61,091 bases of DNA from an uncultured Thermoplasmatales archaeon (GCA_964581795.1 CAZOPW010000003.1:1-61091); one strand, 5' to 3'. Shown: positions 26,580-36,261, counted from the stretch's first letter. The notes: a model not told the origin generated them from the sequence alone. Made by a program: numbers and translations.

Positions 26580-27740
26580 TTATAAGAATGAAGAAGCAAT
26601 ATAAGGGAAGGCCACAACTGTACCAATCATACTACCAATATTTGCCAATGCTACAACCATGAGTAACCGAACTACTCGATTATTCCAAAAGTCACTTAAA
26701 CTTTCCAGTTTGCTTAATTCTTGGAAATCCCGGATGACTGGAGTTCGCATTTTCGCTTCAACGTAACCTGCGACCCAACCAGCAGCGATAGCAGGATTTA
26801 GCGAGGTTATTGGTGCTGCAACAAATGCAGTGATAATTGAAAACGGATGCCCACGTGCAATTAGAGTACCAAGAGATGAAAAAGCTCCATTAATTAAAAA
26901 CCAATACGCAAACATTCGAATTGACTGCTCAGGGCCACCAATAAAAAAACCATACACGATTAACGCAACAAATAAAACAGGTATTAAATACCCGATTACT
27001 TTCAAAACACTAAATCGCTTCTTTGGTACTTGTTCAAGATCTTTGATATCTGCTTGAAATGAAGGATTGTTTACATGTTTCTTAATGCCCTGTAAATGTC
27101 CTGCTCCAACGACAGCAACGACTCGTTTCCCTTGTTTTCGTATTCGATTAATCTTTTCAGCAATATATTGATCTCGTTCGTGGATTAATACTTTGGTGAC
27201 ACTAGGAGCAATTTTCCCGAATTCTTCCATCATCGTAGAGATCAGATCCTGATCTAATAATTCATCAATATCAATATCTTCTAATTCTTCTTCATCAAAC
27301 CCAATCATCGATTTTAAAAATTCCCAGAACACCCGGAATTTTTCAACAAATCCCATTTTCTTCCAGGCACGTTTCAGAGTCACAGCAATGTCACGATCAA
27401 CGAGTTCTATATCAAGCTCATATTCCTTTGCTTGATTCATCGCTTGAATCATTTCTGAACCAGGTTGCACACCATGATCTTTACCTAGTTTCCGTTGAAT
27501 AGATGATAAAAATGTTTGTGCAAGTAAATAATATGCATTATTCGATTTAAGCATTGATGTAACTGGTGTATTCTCCCATTGATCTTTTTTTGTAAGGGAA
27601 TCATATCGTCGTTGACACAGTTCAACAGCAACTACATCAGGATGAAAAGATTCAATCGCCTGTTTAACTTCATCAACACTTTTCTGGGAGATATGTGCAG
27701 TTCCCACTAGAATTAAATCATCATTGATTTTTTCAAGCAC
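26580..27740 (-). CDS. TraB/PrgY-family protein with C-terminal membrane domain
   Basis: GTAHISQKSVDEV...VAVELC and HERDQYIA...VVAVVGAGHLQGI blocks of the TraB family. Hydrophobic C-terminal third. GTG start. Confidence 0.75.
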   Translation of the reverse strand: MLEKINDDLILVGTAHISQKSVDEVKQAIESFHPDVVAVELCQRRYDSLTKKDQWENTPVTSMLKSNNAYYLLAQTFLSSIQRKLGKDHGVQPGSEMIQAMNQAKEYELDIELVDRDIAVTLKRAWKKMGFVEKFRVFWEFLKSMIGFDEEELEDIDIDELLDQDLISTMMEEFGKIAPSVTKVLIHERDQYIAEKINRIRKQGKRVVAVVGAGHLQGIKKHVNNPSFQADIKDLEQVPKKRFSVLKVIGYLIPVLFVALIVYGFFIGGPEQSIRMFAYWFLINGAFSSLGTLIARGHPFSIITAFVAAPITSLNPAIAAGWVAGYVEAKMRTPVIRDFQELSKLESLSDFWNNRVVRLLMVVALANIGSMIGTVVAFPYIASSFL

Positions 27741-27824
27741 AAAGACACCTTATTTTTTATGGAATTTGAACTAGTAATAATTAATAGAATAAAAAGGTAC
27801 ATGGAATAAATGAAGAAGAAAAAA

Positions 27825-28475
27825 TTAGATTTCAGCTTCAAAATCTTCAACTTCAGGTTGAAAATCATCGTATGAATCAATTTTACCTTTCACTTTATAG
27901 ATTTCACGAGTTAAAAGCCAATACACTAATGCTAACGCTCTTCTTCCTTTGTTATTTGTTGGAATGATTACGTCAACAAATTTCGTTTCATTATTTGTAT
28001 CGCATAATGCTACAACGGGGATTCCTACGTTTCGTGCTTCACGAAGTGCTTGCGCATCAGCTAATGGATCTGTTATTATCAGGACTTCAGGTTCTAAATA
28101 CCCTCGTGCGTTTGGATTTGTAAGTGTTCCTGGTCGAAATCGACCGGCTAACACCTGAATGTTTGTGTATTCACCTAGTTTCCGAATTGGTTGTTGCCCA
28201 TATTGACGAACCGAAACAACAAGAACATTCTCTGGTTTGAACTTGGAGATGAACTGTGCAGCTACACGGACACGCTCATCTGTTTTGTTCACATCGATGA
28301 TGTATAAACCATCATTTCGAACTTTGTAAATGTATTTGGTCATATCAGATGTTTTCTGCCGTGTTCCAATGTGAACACCTGCTGTCATATAGGTTTCTTC
28401 AGAAGTAATTTGATCAGCTGCTACTTCCTCTGTAGTTTCCTTGGTTTGCTCTTCTGTTTCTGCCATGTTTTGCAT
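27825..28475 (-). CDS. rps2: 30S ribosomal protein S2 (uS2)
   Basis: AGVHIGT, the DGLYIIDV-type block and the IPVVALCDTN block. Acidic N-terminal extension. Confidence 0.93.
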   Translation of the reverse strand: MQNMAETEEQTKETTEEVAADQITSEETYMTAGVHIGTRQKTSDMTKYIYKVRNDGLYIIDVNKTDERVRVAAQFISKFKPENVLVVSVRQYGQQPIRKLGEYTNIQVLAGRFRPGTLTNPNARGYLEPEVLIITDPLADAQALREARNVGIPVVALCDTNNETKFVDVIIPTNNKGRRALALVYWLLTREIYKVKGKIDSYDDFQPEVEDFEAEI

Positions 28476-28503
28476 CCTTCTTTTTCACAATCTTTTCTTT
28501 TTC

Positions 28504-28677
28504 TTATTGATCGCGTTTAACTGTTATCGGGATTGCCCCTTCTTTGAATTCAAGCATTGCGATGTCAATAGGGAAAATGATTCCTTTTGGAATCTTAATT
28601 AAGGATGGTGCACCCATTGATATTTGCAATGCGCGTGCACCTATAATCCGTGCTTTTTCAAAGCGAGTATATTTCAA
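28504..28677 (-). CDS. rpoK: DNA-directed RNA polymerase subunit K (Rpo6)
   Basis: 57-aa ORF below the track cutoff, with a TTG start. Hand translation is (M)[56 protein letters not shown]. It matches the Rpb6/RpoK core. Confidence 0.88.
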   Translation of the reverse strand: MKYTRFEKARIIGARALQISMGAPSLIKIPKGIIFPIDIAMLEFKEGAIPITVKRDQ

Positions 28678-28748
28678 ATATATCGACCAACTATGCTTTT
28701 CTAGTTAACTGAACCACCAAATACGGATAACGTTTAAAAACATTACCC

Positions 28749-28970
28749 TTACCAACTCTGTTGTTGCTCCTGTAAAACTTCAGATAAACCAGCTTGCCTA
28801 CTTCCAAATTCATCTAAAGCCAGTTGCATATCAATTGTGATATCACGTAACAATTGATCTAAATGTTCACTACGAAATTCTTTTACCCCATCTGCATCTG
28901 AAAATATTTTTCCAACATAATCATTGTCCCTTCGATGAATTTCAATATCGTATAATGTCTCTTCTTCCAT
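28749..28970 (-). CDS. small conserved protein (73 aa), paralog of 17241..17399
   Basis: The ORF-track protein core YDIEIHRRDNDYVGKIFSDADGVKEFRSEHLDQLLRDITIDMQLAL aligns gaplessly with the 52-aa ORF at 17241. Confidence 0.6.
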   Translation of the reverse strand: MEEETLYDIEIHRRDNDYVGKIFSDADGVKEFRSEHLDQLLRDITIDMQLALDEFGSRQAGLSEVLQEQQQSW

Positions 28971-29071
28971 GGACTTATCTCCCTCTAAGCAATTTCATAC
29001 CCATCCTTGTTATAAAAACGTTTTGAACAAATATGTTTTCTCTTTTATTTTTCTTTTCATCTCTCATATTC

Positions 29072-29536
29072 TTACAGCATACGATTGATAAGTGTATTGA
29101 TTTCTTTTGACCGATATCCAAGTGCTCCATTGTTAACAAATGATCGTTTGATTCCTTCATATCCTTTTACTGGAGGATGAAGACGAAATACTGGTTTTAC
29201 TTCAGGTATCTCAGTTAATTGCACTTTACCAGAAGCAATATCTTTTGCTAATGATTGAAACGTTTTGTAGGATGAAACATTTTGTAAGAACTTTTCTGTG
29301 AGCTCTGTATCCCCTGGTCCTTTCCCTCGTTTTTCAAGTAACTGGGTGATGGTTTCATCGTTGACTTCTCCCCAGGTTACGTAATCTTTTGCGACCTGTA
29401 ACATTCCTTTCACATTTTTATTTTCAGGGAGAAGGACACAATGATTCGCCCGAGTTAAATTCAAGAGTTCAAGGGTTTTTTTGATTTTCGGATGAACATT
29501 CACATGTCCCCGAATTCGAACAGCTGCATATGCCAT
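29072..29536 (-). CDS. rpl30: 50S ribosomal protein L30 (uL30)
   Basis: MAYAAVRIRG start (ATG 29536; the track start at 29545 is TTG). It is the last gene of the conserved cluster. Confidence 0.93.
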   Translation of the reverse strand: MAYAAVRIRGHVNVHPKIKKTLELLNLTRANHCVLLPENKNVKGMLQVAKDYVTWGEVNDETITQLLEKRGKGPGDTELTEKFLQNVSSYKTFQSLAKDIASGKVQLTEIPEVKPVFRLHPPVKGYEGIKRSFVNNGALGYRSKEINTLINRML

Positions 29537-29541
29537 ACGTC

Positions 29542-30291
29542 TCAAGACACCTCCTCAGTTACCGTTGTTTCTTCATTTTCCTCTGGTTCTGTTTCCCCAG
29601 ATACAATACCAATGCGTTGTACTGCAGTAGGAAGCACTCGCATTTCAGTATTTTTCTTTAAAGCGTTAAAGACAGCTTTTGCATAATTAACTGTCGTCCG
29701 TGTTTGTCCATCGGTAAACGCCCAACAATCTTTGATACCAGCAAGTGATAAGATTTTCTTTGCGACTTCACCGGTAGCCAAACCGATTCCTTGCGGTGCT
29801 GGTTTGAACGTAATTTCAACAGAACCACTTTTTCCTGTGATTGCAAACGGAACGGTATGTGCCGTACCACAGCCACATTCCCATGAGCCACAACCACGTC
29901 GAATTTCAATGATTTCAAGTTTTGCATTTTCAATTGCTTTTCGGATACTAGCTCCTACTTCCTTTCCTTTTGCTTGTCCAAGGCCAACATACCCATCTTT
30001 GTTTCCAACTACTACAGTAATAACGAATTTTACACGTCGACCTGAATCAGTCATCCGCTGTACCATATTCACATCAAGAACTTCATCAGCAAGATCAGGA
30101 AGTAAAATATCAACAACTTGTGGTTCGCGAAGAGGAAGTCCTGATTGTAATGCATCATGCATCGTCGTAATATTTCCTTTTTTCACTTCTATACCAAGTT
30201 TCGTTTTTGGACTCCATTCCACAATCATAGCTTCTTTACTTCGTCCTTTCTTCCGTCTGCCACCTCGACCTCGACTTCTTCTCGCAGCCAT
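29542..30291 (-). CDS. rps5: 30S ribosomal protein S5 (uS5)
   Basis: S5 dsRBD and C-terminal domain blocks ([17 protein letters not shown]). Cluster position supports the call. Confidence 0.95.
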   Translation of the reverse strand: MAARRSRGRGGRRKKGRSKEAMIVEWSPKTKLGIEVKKGNITTMHDALQSGLPLREPQVVDILLPDLADEVLDVNMVQRMTDSGRRVKFVITVVVGNKDGYVGLGQAKGKEVGASIRKAIENAKLEIIEIRRGCGSWECGCGTAHTVPFAITGKSGSVEITFKPAPQGIGLATGEVAKKILSLAGIKDCWAFTDGQTRTTVNYAKAVFNALKKNTEMRVLPTAVQRIGIVSGETEPEENEETTVTEEVS

Positions 30292-30803
30292 TATTCACTG
30301 TCACCTCCAGTGATTTTCTTTTTAATCTTAATTACATCTTGTTTTATTTTTTCATCGATATGTTTTCCATGTAATCGATCTTCTTCAGGGATCATTTCTT
30401 CACCATACGGGCAATCGATTCCCGCATCAACTACTCCTTTCAATGCCGCAAAGACTTTACTTCCTTTCACTGGGACTTGCCGTCCGATATCAAGGACACC
30501 TGAGGTTACTCCATCTTTTTTCGCTTGGGATCCAGCAAGTAAACCAGTAAGATATGCAGCAGGTACATTGGAACAGGAGTGTTTCCAATTGTATTGTTTT
30601 GTTAAATCAGATCCTAATGCTGAAGCAACGACTTTATCTCCTTCTTCAGCGTATTCAATGAATTGTACTCGAATATTTTTTAAAGAACGGCGAACGACTA
30701 TTCGATGTTCACCTGATTTAAGTAATGCTAATCGATGACGATAATCTGTTTTCCCTTCTCGTCTCCTTCGTGGTTTAATCCGATATCGTGGTCCTTGATT
30801 CAT
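30291..30803 (-). CDS. rpl18: 50S ribosomal protein L18 (uL18)
   Basis: [17 protein letters not shown] start. Cluster position supports the call. Confidence 0.95.
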   Translation of the reverse strand: MNQGPRYRIKPRRRREGKTDYRHRLALLKSGEHRIVVRRSLKNIRVQFIEYAEEGDKVVASALGSDLTKQYNWKHSCSNVPAAYLTGLLAGSQAKKDGVTSGVLDIGRQVPVKGSKVFAALKGVVDAGIDCPYGEEMIPEEDRLHGKHIDEKIKQDVIKIKKKITGGDSE

Positions 30804-31264
30804 TATTGTTCCTCCTTCTGTATGACCCCATCAGCGATCATATGGGATTTCATATGACGGCGACTTCGAAATTCACCACCTTTTGCTTTCAAATAATATC
30901 GTCGATAAATTGTTGGAGTAATTACTTCTTCACTTCGTAATTCTTTGAGTAACGATCGAAGTGGCCGAATGGTTTTAATCCATCGTCGTTTCCGTGGAAA
31001 CCGTGCGTATTTCGCTCCTTTCCGTGACCCATGACCGCGACGTCTTCCTTTTTGTTTTTGGTTCATCACGTATCGTTTCCTTCCTTTGGAAATGCCTATT
31101 TTTTGTTTTGATTGAATGGCATCACCTTTGATTAACACTCGAATATCATCTTTGGTAACTGCTTGAGCGATTTCATCTAATCGATCCTGATCCATCCACA
31201 CGCGGTTTTTCCCACATTTAAGGATGGATGCGGCCATTCTTCGTTGATTCCTAAGATCAGTCAT
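30803..31264 (-). CDS. rpl19e: 50S ribosomal protein L19e
   Basis: LRNQRRMAASILKCGKNRVW start. Basic protein. Confidence 0.95.
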   Translation of the reverse strand: MTDLRNQRRMAASILKCGKNRVWMDQDRLDEIAQAVTKDDIRVLIKGDAIQSKQKIGISKGRKRYVMNQKQKGRRRGHGSRKGAKYARFPRKRRWIKTIRPLRSLLKELRSEEVITPTIYRRYYLKAKGGEFRSRRHMKSHMIADGVIQKEEQ

Positions 31265-31287
31265 ACCTCGTAACCCTCTTTATCTTA

Positions 31288-32073
31288 TTATTTATTCAAC
31301 AGTCGGATATCTAATTCCTTTGCTTTTTCAGTAATTGCAACACGTTTTTTCGTTCCAACTGTGGATCCAATACGTGCTGCTTGCTTTTCAGCATCAATTT
31401 TTTCTAAATCTGAAACATTATATACTAGTATTTCTTCAAAACCGGATGGATGACGTCCTCGGACATGTTTTGGACCTCGAAATCCAACACGAACTTGTGG
31501 TAATCGATATTTTTTATTCATTCGCATTTTCGAAGTGATTCCATCTGGTTTATGCCAGTTTTTTGGAACCCGTTTATAACGAAACCATTCTTGGCGAAGG
31601 AAATGCGGTGTCTTTTTCTTTTTCTCTTTTCGAACTGAGAGAAAATGATGGTCATCTTTAGAAAGTGATGGTTTCTTTTTGACTATGTATCCTTCAGGTG
31701 TTTCAGTTAGTTCCTTTTCTTTTTTCTCTGGTTTCGTTTCTTTTTTAACAGTGAGTTTGGTTTCTTTTTTTACTTCTTTTTCCCTTTTAGGTTCTTTTGG
31801 TTCTGTTGCCGGTTGTTTTTGTTTTTCTTCAGTTTTCTTCGGTGTTTTTGATTTCGGTTTGGCTTTTGGTGCTTTTTTACCTTCACCAAGTTGATCTTTA
31901 ATTGTAGTTGCAACAGAATCACTAACGCCATTCACTTTACATAAGTCTTCAATTGAAGCCTCTTGAATCTTTTTCGTACTGTCAAAGCCTGCTTCAATGA
32001 TTGCTTCGGCTTTTACTTTACCAATACCTTTCAGTGAGGTGAGTTTCTTTAAGATATCTTCTTTCTCAGCCAT
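31288..32073 (-). CDS. rpl32e: 50S ribosomal protein L32e with N-terminal (HhH)2 module and K-rich linker
   Basis: The C-terminal ~130 aa is the L32e core (FLRQEWFRYKRV...WHKPDGITSKMR). The N-terminal ~65 aa is LTSLKGIGKVKAEAIIEAGF...EDLCKVNGVS. About 65 aa of K/E/P linker lies between them. Confidence 0.9.
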   Translation of the reverse strand: MAEKEDILKKLTSLKGIGKVKAEAIIEAGFDSTKKIQEASIEDLCKVNGVSDSVATTIKDQLGEGKKAPKAKPKSKTPKKTEEKQKQPATEPKEPKREKEVKKETKLTVKKETKPEKKEKELTETPEGYIVKKKPSLSKDDHHFLSVRKEKKKKTPHFLRQEWFRYKRVPKNWHKPDGITSKMRMNKKYRLPQVRVGFRGPKHVRGRHPSGFEEILVYNVSDLEKIDAEKQAARIGSTVGTKKRVAITEKAKELDIRLLNK

Positions 32074-32075
32074 GC

Positions 32076-32618
32076 TTATACACCGCCTCTGCTAATCCGG
32101 TAAATTCCATCTTGAAAAACTCTGATGTCTCGACGTTTTACTGAAGTTGCTCGTTCAATGTTTGCAACAGTTTGCCCTACTTTTTCTTTGTTTGTCCCTT
32201 TTACGGTGATATCATCGCCTTTTGCTTCAACAGTGACACCATCTAAAATGAGTGCTTTTCGAGGTGATCGCTCACCAAGAAAGTTTTGAATAACAAACGT
32301 GTTTCCTTCAACATTTGTTTTGATTGGAAAGTGAGAATATACGGTCTTCATCTTATATTCAAATCCTTCTGTTACACCATGAATCATGTTGTTAATGTGA
32401 GCGACAAAAGTGCCAAGTAACGCTTTATGTTCCCGTCGAAATTTAAAGCACTGAATACTGATTTTACCATCTTTTACAAAGAATTTGAAATCAGGATGAG
32501 AGAATATTCTCGTTAACTCTCCATTCTCTCCAGAAATATGAAGTGTAGTATCCTCATATGATGCTGTAATTGCATCAGGTAGTGAAATGTCATGTTTGAT
32601 CTTTGCTTCTTTCGCCAT
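32076..32618 (-). CDS. rpl6: 50S ribosomal protein L6 (uL6)
   Basis: Two-domain L6 pattern. Cluster position supports the call. Confidence 0.95.
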   Translation of the reverse strand: MAKEAKIKHDISLPDAITASYEDTTLHISGENGELTRIFSHPDFKFFVKDGKISIQCFKFRREHKALLGTFVAHINNMIHGVTEGFEYKMKTVYSHFPIKTNVEGNTFVIQNFLGERSPRKALILDGVTVEAKGDDITVKGTNKEKVGQTVANIERATSVKRRDIRVFQDGIYRISRGGV

Positions 32619-32641
32619 CGTTTTTCACCTTTTCATTGATT

Positions 32642-33031
32642 TTAATAAATATATGCAAGGACTTTCCCACCAATACCCTGTTTTTTTGCTTCATTATGAG
32701 AAAGAACACCATTGGTGGTGGTTAGAATCAACAATCCAAAGTCACGAGCTGGTAGATATCGTGCTTCCCATTTCTCTAAGTCTTCTCTTTTTACAGGATA
32801 TCGTGGTTTGATAACGCCACAATTATTTATGTTTCCTTTTAACGTCACTTCAAATGCACCTGCTTTTCCATCATCGATGAATTCAAATTCACTGATATAT
32901 CCTTTTTCTCGGAGTAAATTAAGAATGCCACCAATTAATTTAGAAGATGGTTGAATACGGCAGACACCTTTTCCTCGGTGTTCAGCGTTTTTCATTAATG
33001 AAAGTGCATTTGCTAATGGATCATTTAACAT
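32642..33031 (-). CDS. rps8: 30S ribosomal protein S8 (uS8)
   Basis: [17 protein letters not shown] start. Confidence 0.95.
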   Translation of the reverse strand: MLNDPLANALSLMKNAEHRGKGVCRIQPSSKLIGGILNLLREKGYISEFEFIDDGKAGAFEVTLKGNINNCGVIKPRYPVKREDLEKWEARYLPARDFGLLILTTTNGVLSHNEAKKQGIGGKVLAYIY

Positions 33032-33048
33032 GTAATCGTCAATCCTCC

Positions 33049-33204
33049 TTACGAGTATTTTTTAAACCCCATTTCTTCAGCTTTTTCTCTGAAGCATTGT
33101 CGACAAATATGAAGACCGTACGCACGAATAAGACCGCGTTTTCGTCCGCATCGTTCACAACCATGAACTCGTCCATACTCTCGCTTCTTCTCTTTTATTT
33201 TCAT
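33049..33204 (-). CDS. rps14: 30S ribosomal protein S14, zinc-binding type Z (uS14)
   Basis: 51-aa ORF below the track cutoff. Hand translation is [51 protein letters not shown]. It contains CxxC...CxxC. Its ATG overlaps the rpl5 stop (TAATG). Confidence 0.92.
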   Translation of the reverse strand: MKIKEKKREYGRVHGCERCGRKRGLIRAYGLHICRQCFREKAEEMGFKKYS

Positions 33205-33731
33205 TATTCAATCACCTTCACGTCAAATGTATCTGAAATATAGTTCATTGCTTCCTCTCTGCTCACTTGATGCTTATGAGGAACTTTTCGTTGTTTTACC
33301 CGTCTCTTTTTGATTCGATACCCCGGTTTTTCCATGGTTATACAGATGTCCATACCAAAAATACCAATATCTGGATCATATTTTTGATCCTTAAACAAGG
33401 TATGATCTGGAATGCCAAATGAAAGATTACCTTGGTCATCAAAAGCATAATCAGCAATCCGGTTTTCACGAGTATCCCATGCTTTTTTCAAAAAATCAAT
33501 AGCATCAGAACCTCGTAAGGTAACTTTACATCCAATAGGCATTCGTTTCCGAATACCAAATTCTCTGTTGGTAATGGTTGAAAGGGTTTGCACGGGTTTA
33601 TGATGTGTGATGTTTTGAAGCACAGATTCAGCTTTTTTTAATCGTTCCCCTGCTTCTCCGACACCAATGTTGACCGTGACTTTCTCAATTTGTGGTTTAG
33701 TCATTGGATTCTGCTTTGCTTTTGCACTCAT
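33204..33731 (-). CDS. rpl5: 50S ribosomal protein L5 (uL5)
   Basis: L5 family blocks. Cluster position supports the call. Confidence 0.95.
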   Translation of the reverse strand: MSAKAKQNPMTKPQIEKVTVNIGVGEAGERLKKAESVLQNITHHKPVQTLSTITNREFGIRKRMPIGCKVTLRGSDAIDFLKKAWDTRENRIADYAFDDQGNLSFGIPDHTLFKDQKYDPDIGIFGMDICITMEKPGYRIKKRRVKQRKVPHKHQVSREEAMNYISDTFDVKVIE

Positions 33732-34450
33732 TGAACTTTCACCTCAGGGGTTTTGATCACAGGTTTTGTTTTCCCTATTGGAAAGACGTATTGTTCAAGT
33801 GTCATAAACGGTTGGTCACCAGTCATTTTCGCAACATTTGGTTTTGATGATTTAATCACAGAGATTTCATCAAGGGTTGCCATTTCCCCAACGTGGCTTC
33901 CACCAATGATAAATGAAATTGTGCCTTTATCACGAGGGTATACATCAGTAACACTGTGGTCTTTCAATTTCATTTTTAACACGTCACCAACATGATATGA
34001 TTCTTTTTCTGCAATCATATTGGTTCCATCATGAAAATTAATCTGTGTTTTATTTTTCTTCAACGTGCTTTTCTTTTCAATACGACGTAATTTCCATTCA
34101 GCATCAGCTGAGGAAATTGGAACTAAGGCTAGATTCCCCCGTTTATTGTAGACAAGTCGATAATATTTCTTAGCGGTAGGAATTGAGATGATATCCATTA
34201 ATCCAACAGGGAATCGTAAGTCTCTTCGAATGATACCATCAACAAGGATATTGCCTTGACTAAGGATTTGTCGTGCTTCCCGACGAGTATCACAAAGATG
34301 TAAATAATCACGAATCAAAACACCGAGTGGAATCGACTGATTACCAGAATGTGGTCCTGCTGATGGACGTATTGTCCAAGTTTTTTCCTTTCGGTGTAAT
34401 TGGAGAGTACGAGGTGAATTTAATCGTTTCATATGATGATTGCTGCTCAT
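33728..34450 (-). CDS. rps4e: 30S ribosomal protein S4e
   Basis: HMKRLNSPR start. S4 and KOW-like domains. Confidence 0.95.
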   Translation of the reverse strand: MSSNHHMKRLNSPRTLQLHRKEKTWTIRPSAGPHSGNQSIPLGVLIRDYLHLCDTRREARQILSQGNILVDGIIRRDLRFPVGLMDIISIPTAKKYYRLVYNKRGNLALVPISSADAEWKLRRIEKKSTLKKNKTQINFHDGTNMIAEKESYHVGDVLKMKLKDHSVTDVYPRDKGTISFIIGGSHVGEMATLDEISVIKSSKPNVAKMTGDQPFMTLEQYVFPIGKTKPVIKTPEVKVQ

Positions 34451-35217
34451 TTTTTCTCCTCCTCTTCATCTTTTTGTGTTTTTCCCTCTGTTTTCTTTTT
34501 TGCCTGTTTAGATGTATTTTGCGATTTTTTTGGTTTTTCAGATGATTCTTTTGAAGGCTCTTCTTTTTTCTTCTGTTTTTGACTTTGTTTTTTTGCTGAT
34601 TGTTTCTTTTCTTTACTTTCTTCAGTTTTTTTATCTTGTTTTTCTTCTGATTTAGGTTCTTTTTTCTTTGGTTCTTCCTTGGTTTCTGAAGATTTCTCTG
34701 AAGATTTAGAAATTTCTTCAACTGGTGTTTCCTCTGTTTCTTCCTCTTGACCCGCTTCTTCTTCCTCGCGTTTTCGTCGTTCCTCTTCTTCTTCGCGCTC
34801 TTTTTCCAGTTCTTTGATCTGATCACTTGCTTCCTGTTCAATTTCCTTTTTCGCTTCAGAAGATAATCCTTCTTCAAGGCGTTGGCGTCTCCACTTATCC
34901 GTTAGATTAAGTTTCGTGATGAGAAGATTACTAGGATGAACCGCTTTTGCTACTTGTTTTCCATCAGCTTTAGTAACAGTTATACCTTCGACTTCAACGA
35001 GATGTTTTTTCAAATGAACAGAGCTAACTTTATTCTCATGACCTTTGAACGCACCACGCATAACCTTCACAGTATCACCAACAACGACAGGCATCCGTCT
35101 TTTATCATATTTTAATAACAGATTTTCTTCTAAATGAGCACCAATCTGTTTTCTTCTTTGATGTAATGGTGCGTTGAAAAACGCCTTCCTTTGTTTTCGT
35201 GCTTTACTTGATTTCAT
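34447..35217 (-). CDS. rpl24: 50S ribosomal protein L24 (uL24) with ~135-aa K/E-rich C-terminal extension
   Basis: The N-terminal ~118 aa is the KOW-containing L24 core (VVVGDTVKVMRGAFKGHENKV). The remainder is low-complexity E/K/S sequence. Confidence 0.92.
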   Translation of the reverse strand: MKSSKARKQRKAFFNAPLHQRRKQIGAHLEENLLLKYDKRRMPVVVGDTVKVMRGAFKGHENKVSSVHLKKHLVEVEGITVTKADGKQVAKAVHPSNLLITKLNLTDKWRRQRLEEGLSSEAKKEIEQEASDQIKELEKEREEEEERRKREEEEAGQEEETEETPVEEISKSSEKSSETKEEPKKKEPKSEEKQDKKTEESKEKKQSAKKQSQKQKKKEEPSKESSEKPKKSQNTSKQAKKKTEGKTQKDEEEEKK

Positions 35218-35237
35218 AGGTCATTCACTCAATTATC

Positions 35238-35636
35238 TTACACAATTATTGATGCATTCGCTGCAATCCGGGGCCATCGTTCAGCAGCCTCCAGTGCAAC
35301 AGGTCCTTTTATCATAGACCCTTTTGTTTCACCAGTTTCGGTCACAATAACCGCTGCGTTATCTTCGAATTGTACCATGGTTCCATCTGATCGGCGGAAT
35401 GGCCGTTTTTGTCGAACAATCACTGCTTTCAGTAACTGACGTCGCATATCCGCAGCTCCTTTTTTGACACTGATAATGACGAGATCTCCTACACCAGCTT
35501 GTGGGTATCGACGATGAGTCCCCTTCAACTTTGGTGTAGCTACGATTTCAACGATTTTTGCTCCTGTATTGTCAATGCATTCCAACCGAGCACCGGTTGG
35601 TAATCCTCTCATTGTTCTCCCAGCGATTCCTTTCAT
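35238..35636 (-). CDS. rpl14: 50S ribosomal protein L14 (uL14)
   Basis: Start taken at [13 protein letters not shown] (ATG 35636). The longer track ORF would overlap rps17. Confidence 0.95.
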   Translation of the reverse strand: MKGIAGRTMRGLPTGARLECIDNTGAKIVEIVATPKLKGTHRRYPQAGVGDLVIISVKKGAADMRRQLLKAVIVRQKRPFRRSDGTMVQFEDNAAVIVTETGETKGSMIKGPVALEAAERWPRIAANASIIV

Positions 35637-35649
35637 ATCTTCTTCTCCA

Positions 35650-35988
35650 TCATAACTTTTCAATCGCCACAAATGAAACACTTTTACTCAGAGGGCGACA
35701 TTCTGCAATACGGACTTTATCACCTGGTTCCACTTCTAGACATGGTGGACAGTGAGCCGAATACATTGATGTCCGTTTCTCATAACGTTCATATTTTGGT
35801 ACAAGATGCATGTATTCACGCTTGACAAGAATGGTATGAGTCATTTTATTTGATGATACAACCCCAGTAATAATTTGTCCTCTCACTGATAATTTCCCAT
35901 GAAATGGGCAATGTTGATCAGTACATGTTTTTTCAGGCGGGGTTACATTAATCCCAATGTTTCGTACCTCGGTTGTTTTTTCAGCCAT
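35650..35988 (-). CDS. rps17: 30S ribosomal protein S17 (uS17)
   Basis: [13 protein letters not shown] block. Cluster position supports the call. Confidence 0.95.
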   Translation of the reverse strand: MAEKTTEVRNIGINVTPPEKTCTDQHCPFHGKLSVRGQIITGVVSSNKMTHTILVKREYMHLVPKYERYEKRTSMYSAHCPPCLEVEPGDKVRIAECRPLSKSVSFVAIEKL

Positions 35989-35997
35989 ATGCTTTTT

Positions 35998-36261
35998 TCA
36001 CCTTGCTTTTTTTATCCGTTCTTCAGGTCGATACATGATCTTTGATCCATGTATTCGAATTGTTTTTTCAGGTAATGTTACCTGAAAGATTGCTGTTTTT
36101 TTTTCAATTTTTTTAATTGTATTATTGATATCGATAAGGAAGAGATGTTTTGTTTCATCGATGATGATTCCTCGTTTTCCAATCCAGGTTGGATCGGTAC
36201 AGTGTTCAATGATGACAGAACATCCAATGAACTCTTCTTTGTTTGGAGGAATCTGTTTCAT
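35998..36261 (-). CDS. rnp1: RNase P protein component 1 (Rpp29/Pop4)
   Basis: 87 aa. The Sm-like GKRGIIIDETKHLFLID block and the conserved position between SUI1 and rps17 support the call. Confidence 0.85.
   Translation of the reverse strand: MKQIPPNKEEFIGCSVIIEHCTDPTWIGKRGIIIDETKHLFLIDINNTIKKIEKKTAIFQVTLPEKTIRIHGSKIMYRPEERIKKAR

Noticed and set aside
28975-29160. 61-aa minus-strand ORF between the small protein gene and rpl30
   Set aside because: It overlaps the 3' end of rpl30 in another frame and has no conserved features.
29732-30738. Two 193-aa plus-strand ORFs (29732..30313 and 30157..30738) antisense to rps5 and rpl18
   Set aside because: They are completely antisense to strongly supported ribosomal protein genes. 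They have serine/proline/phenylalanine-rich nonsense composition and no start context.
34341-34877. 178-aa lysine/arginine-rich ORF on the minus strand, overlapping rps4e and rpl24
   Set aside because: It is an alternate reading frame of the K/E-rich rpl24 tail. The low-complexity A/G-rich coding sequence stays open in several frames. The same applies to 22817..23080, 37012..37296, 31679..31894 and 34273..34545.
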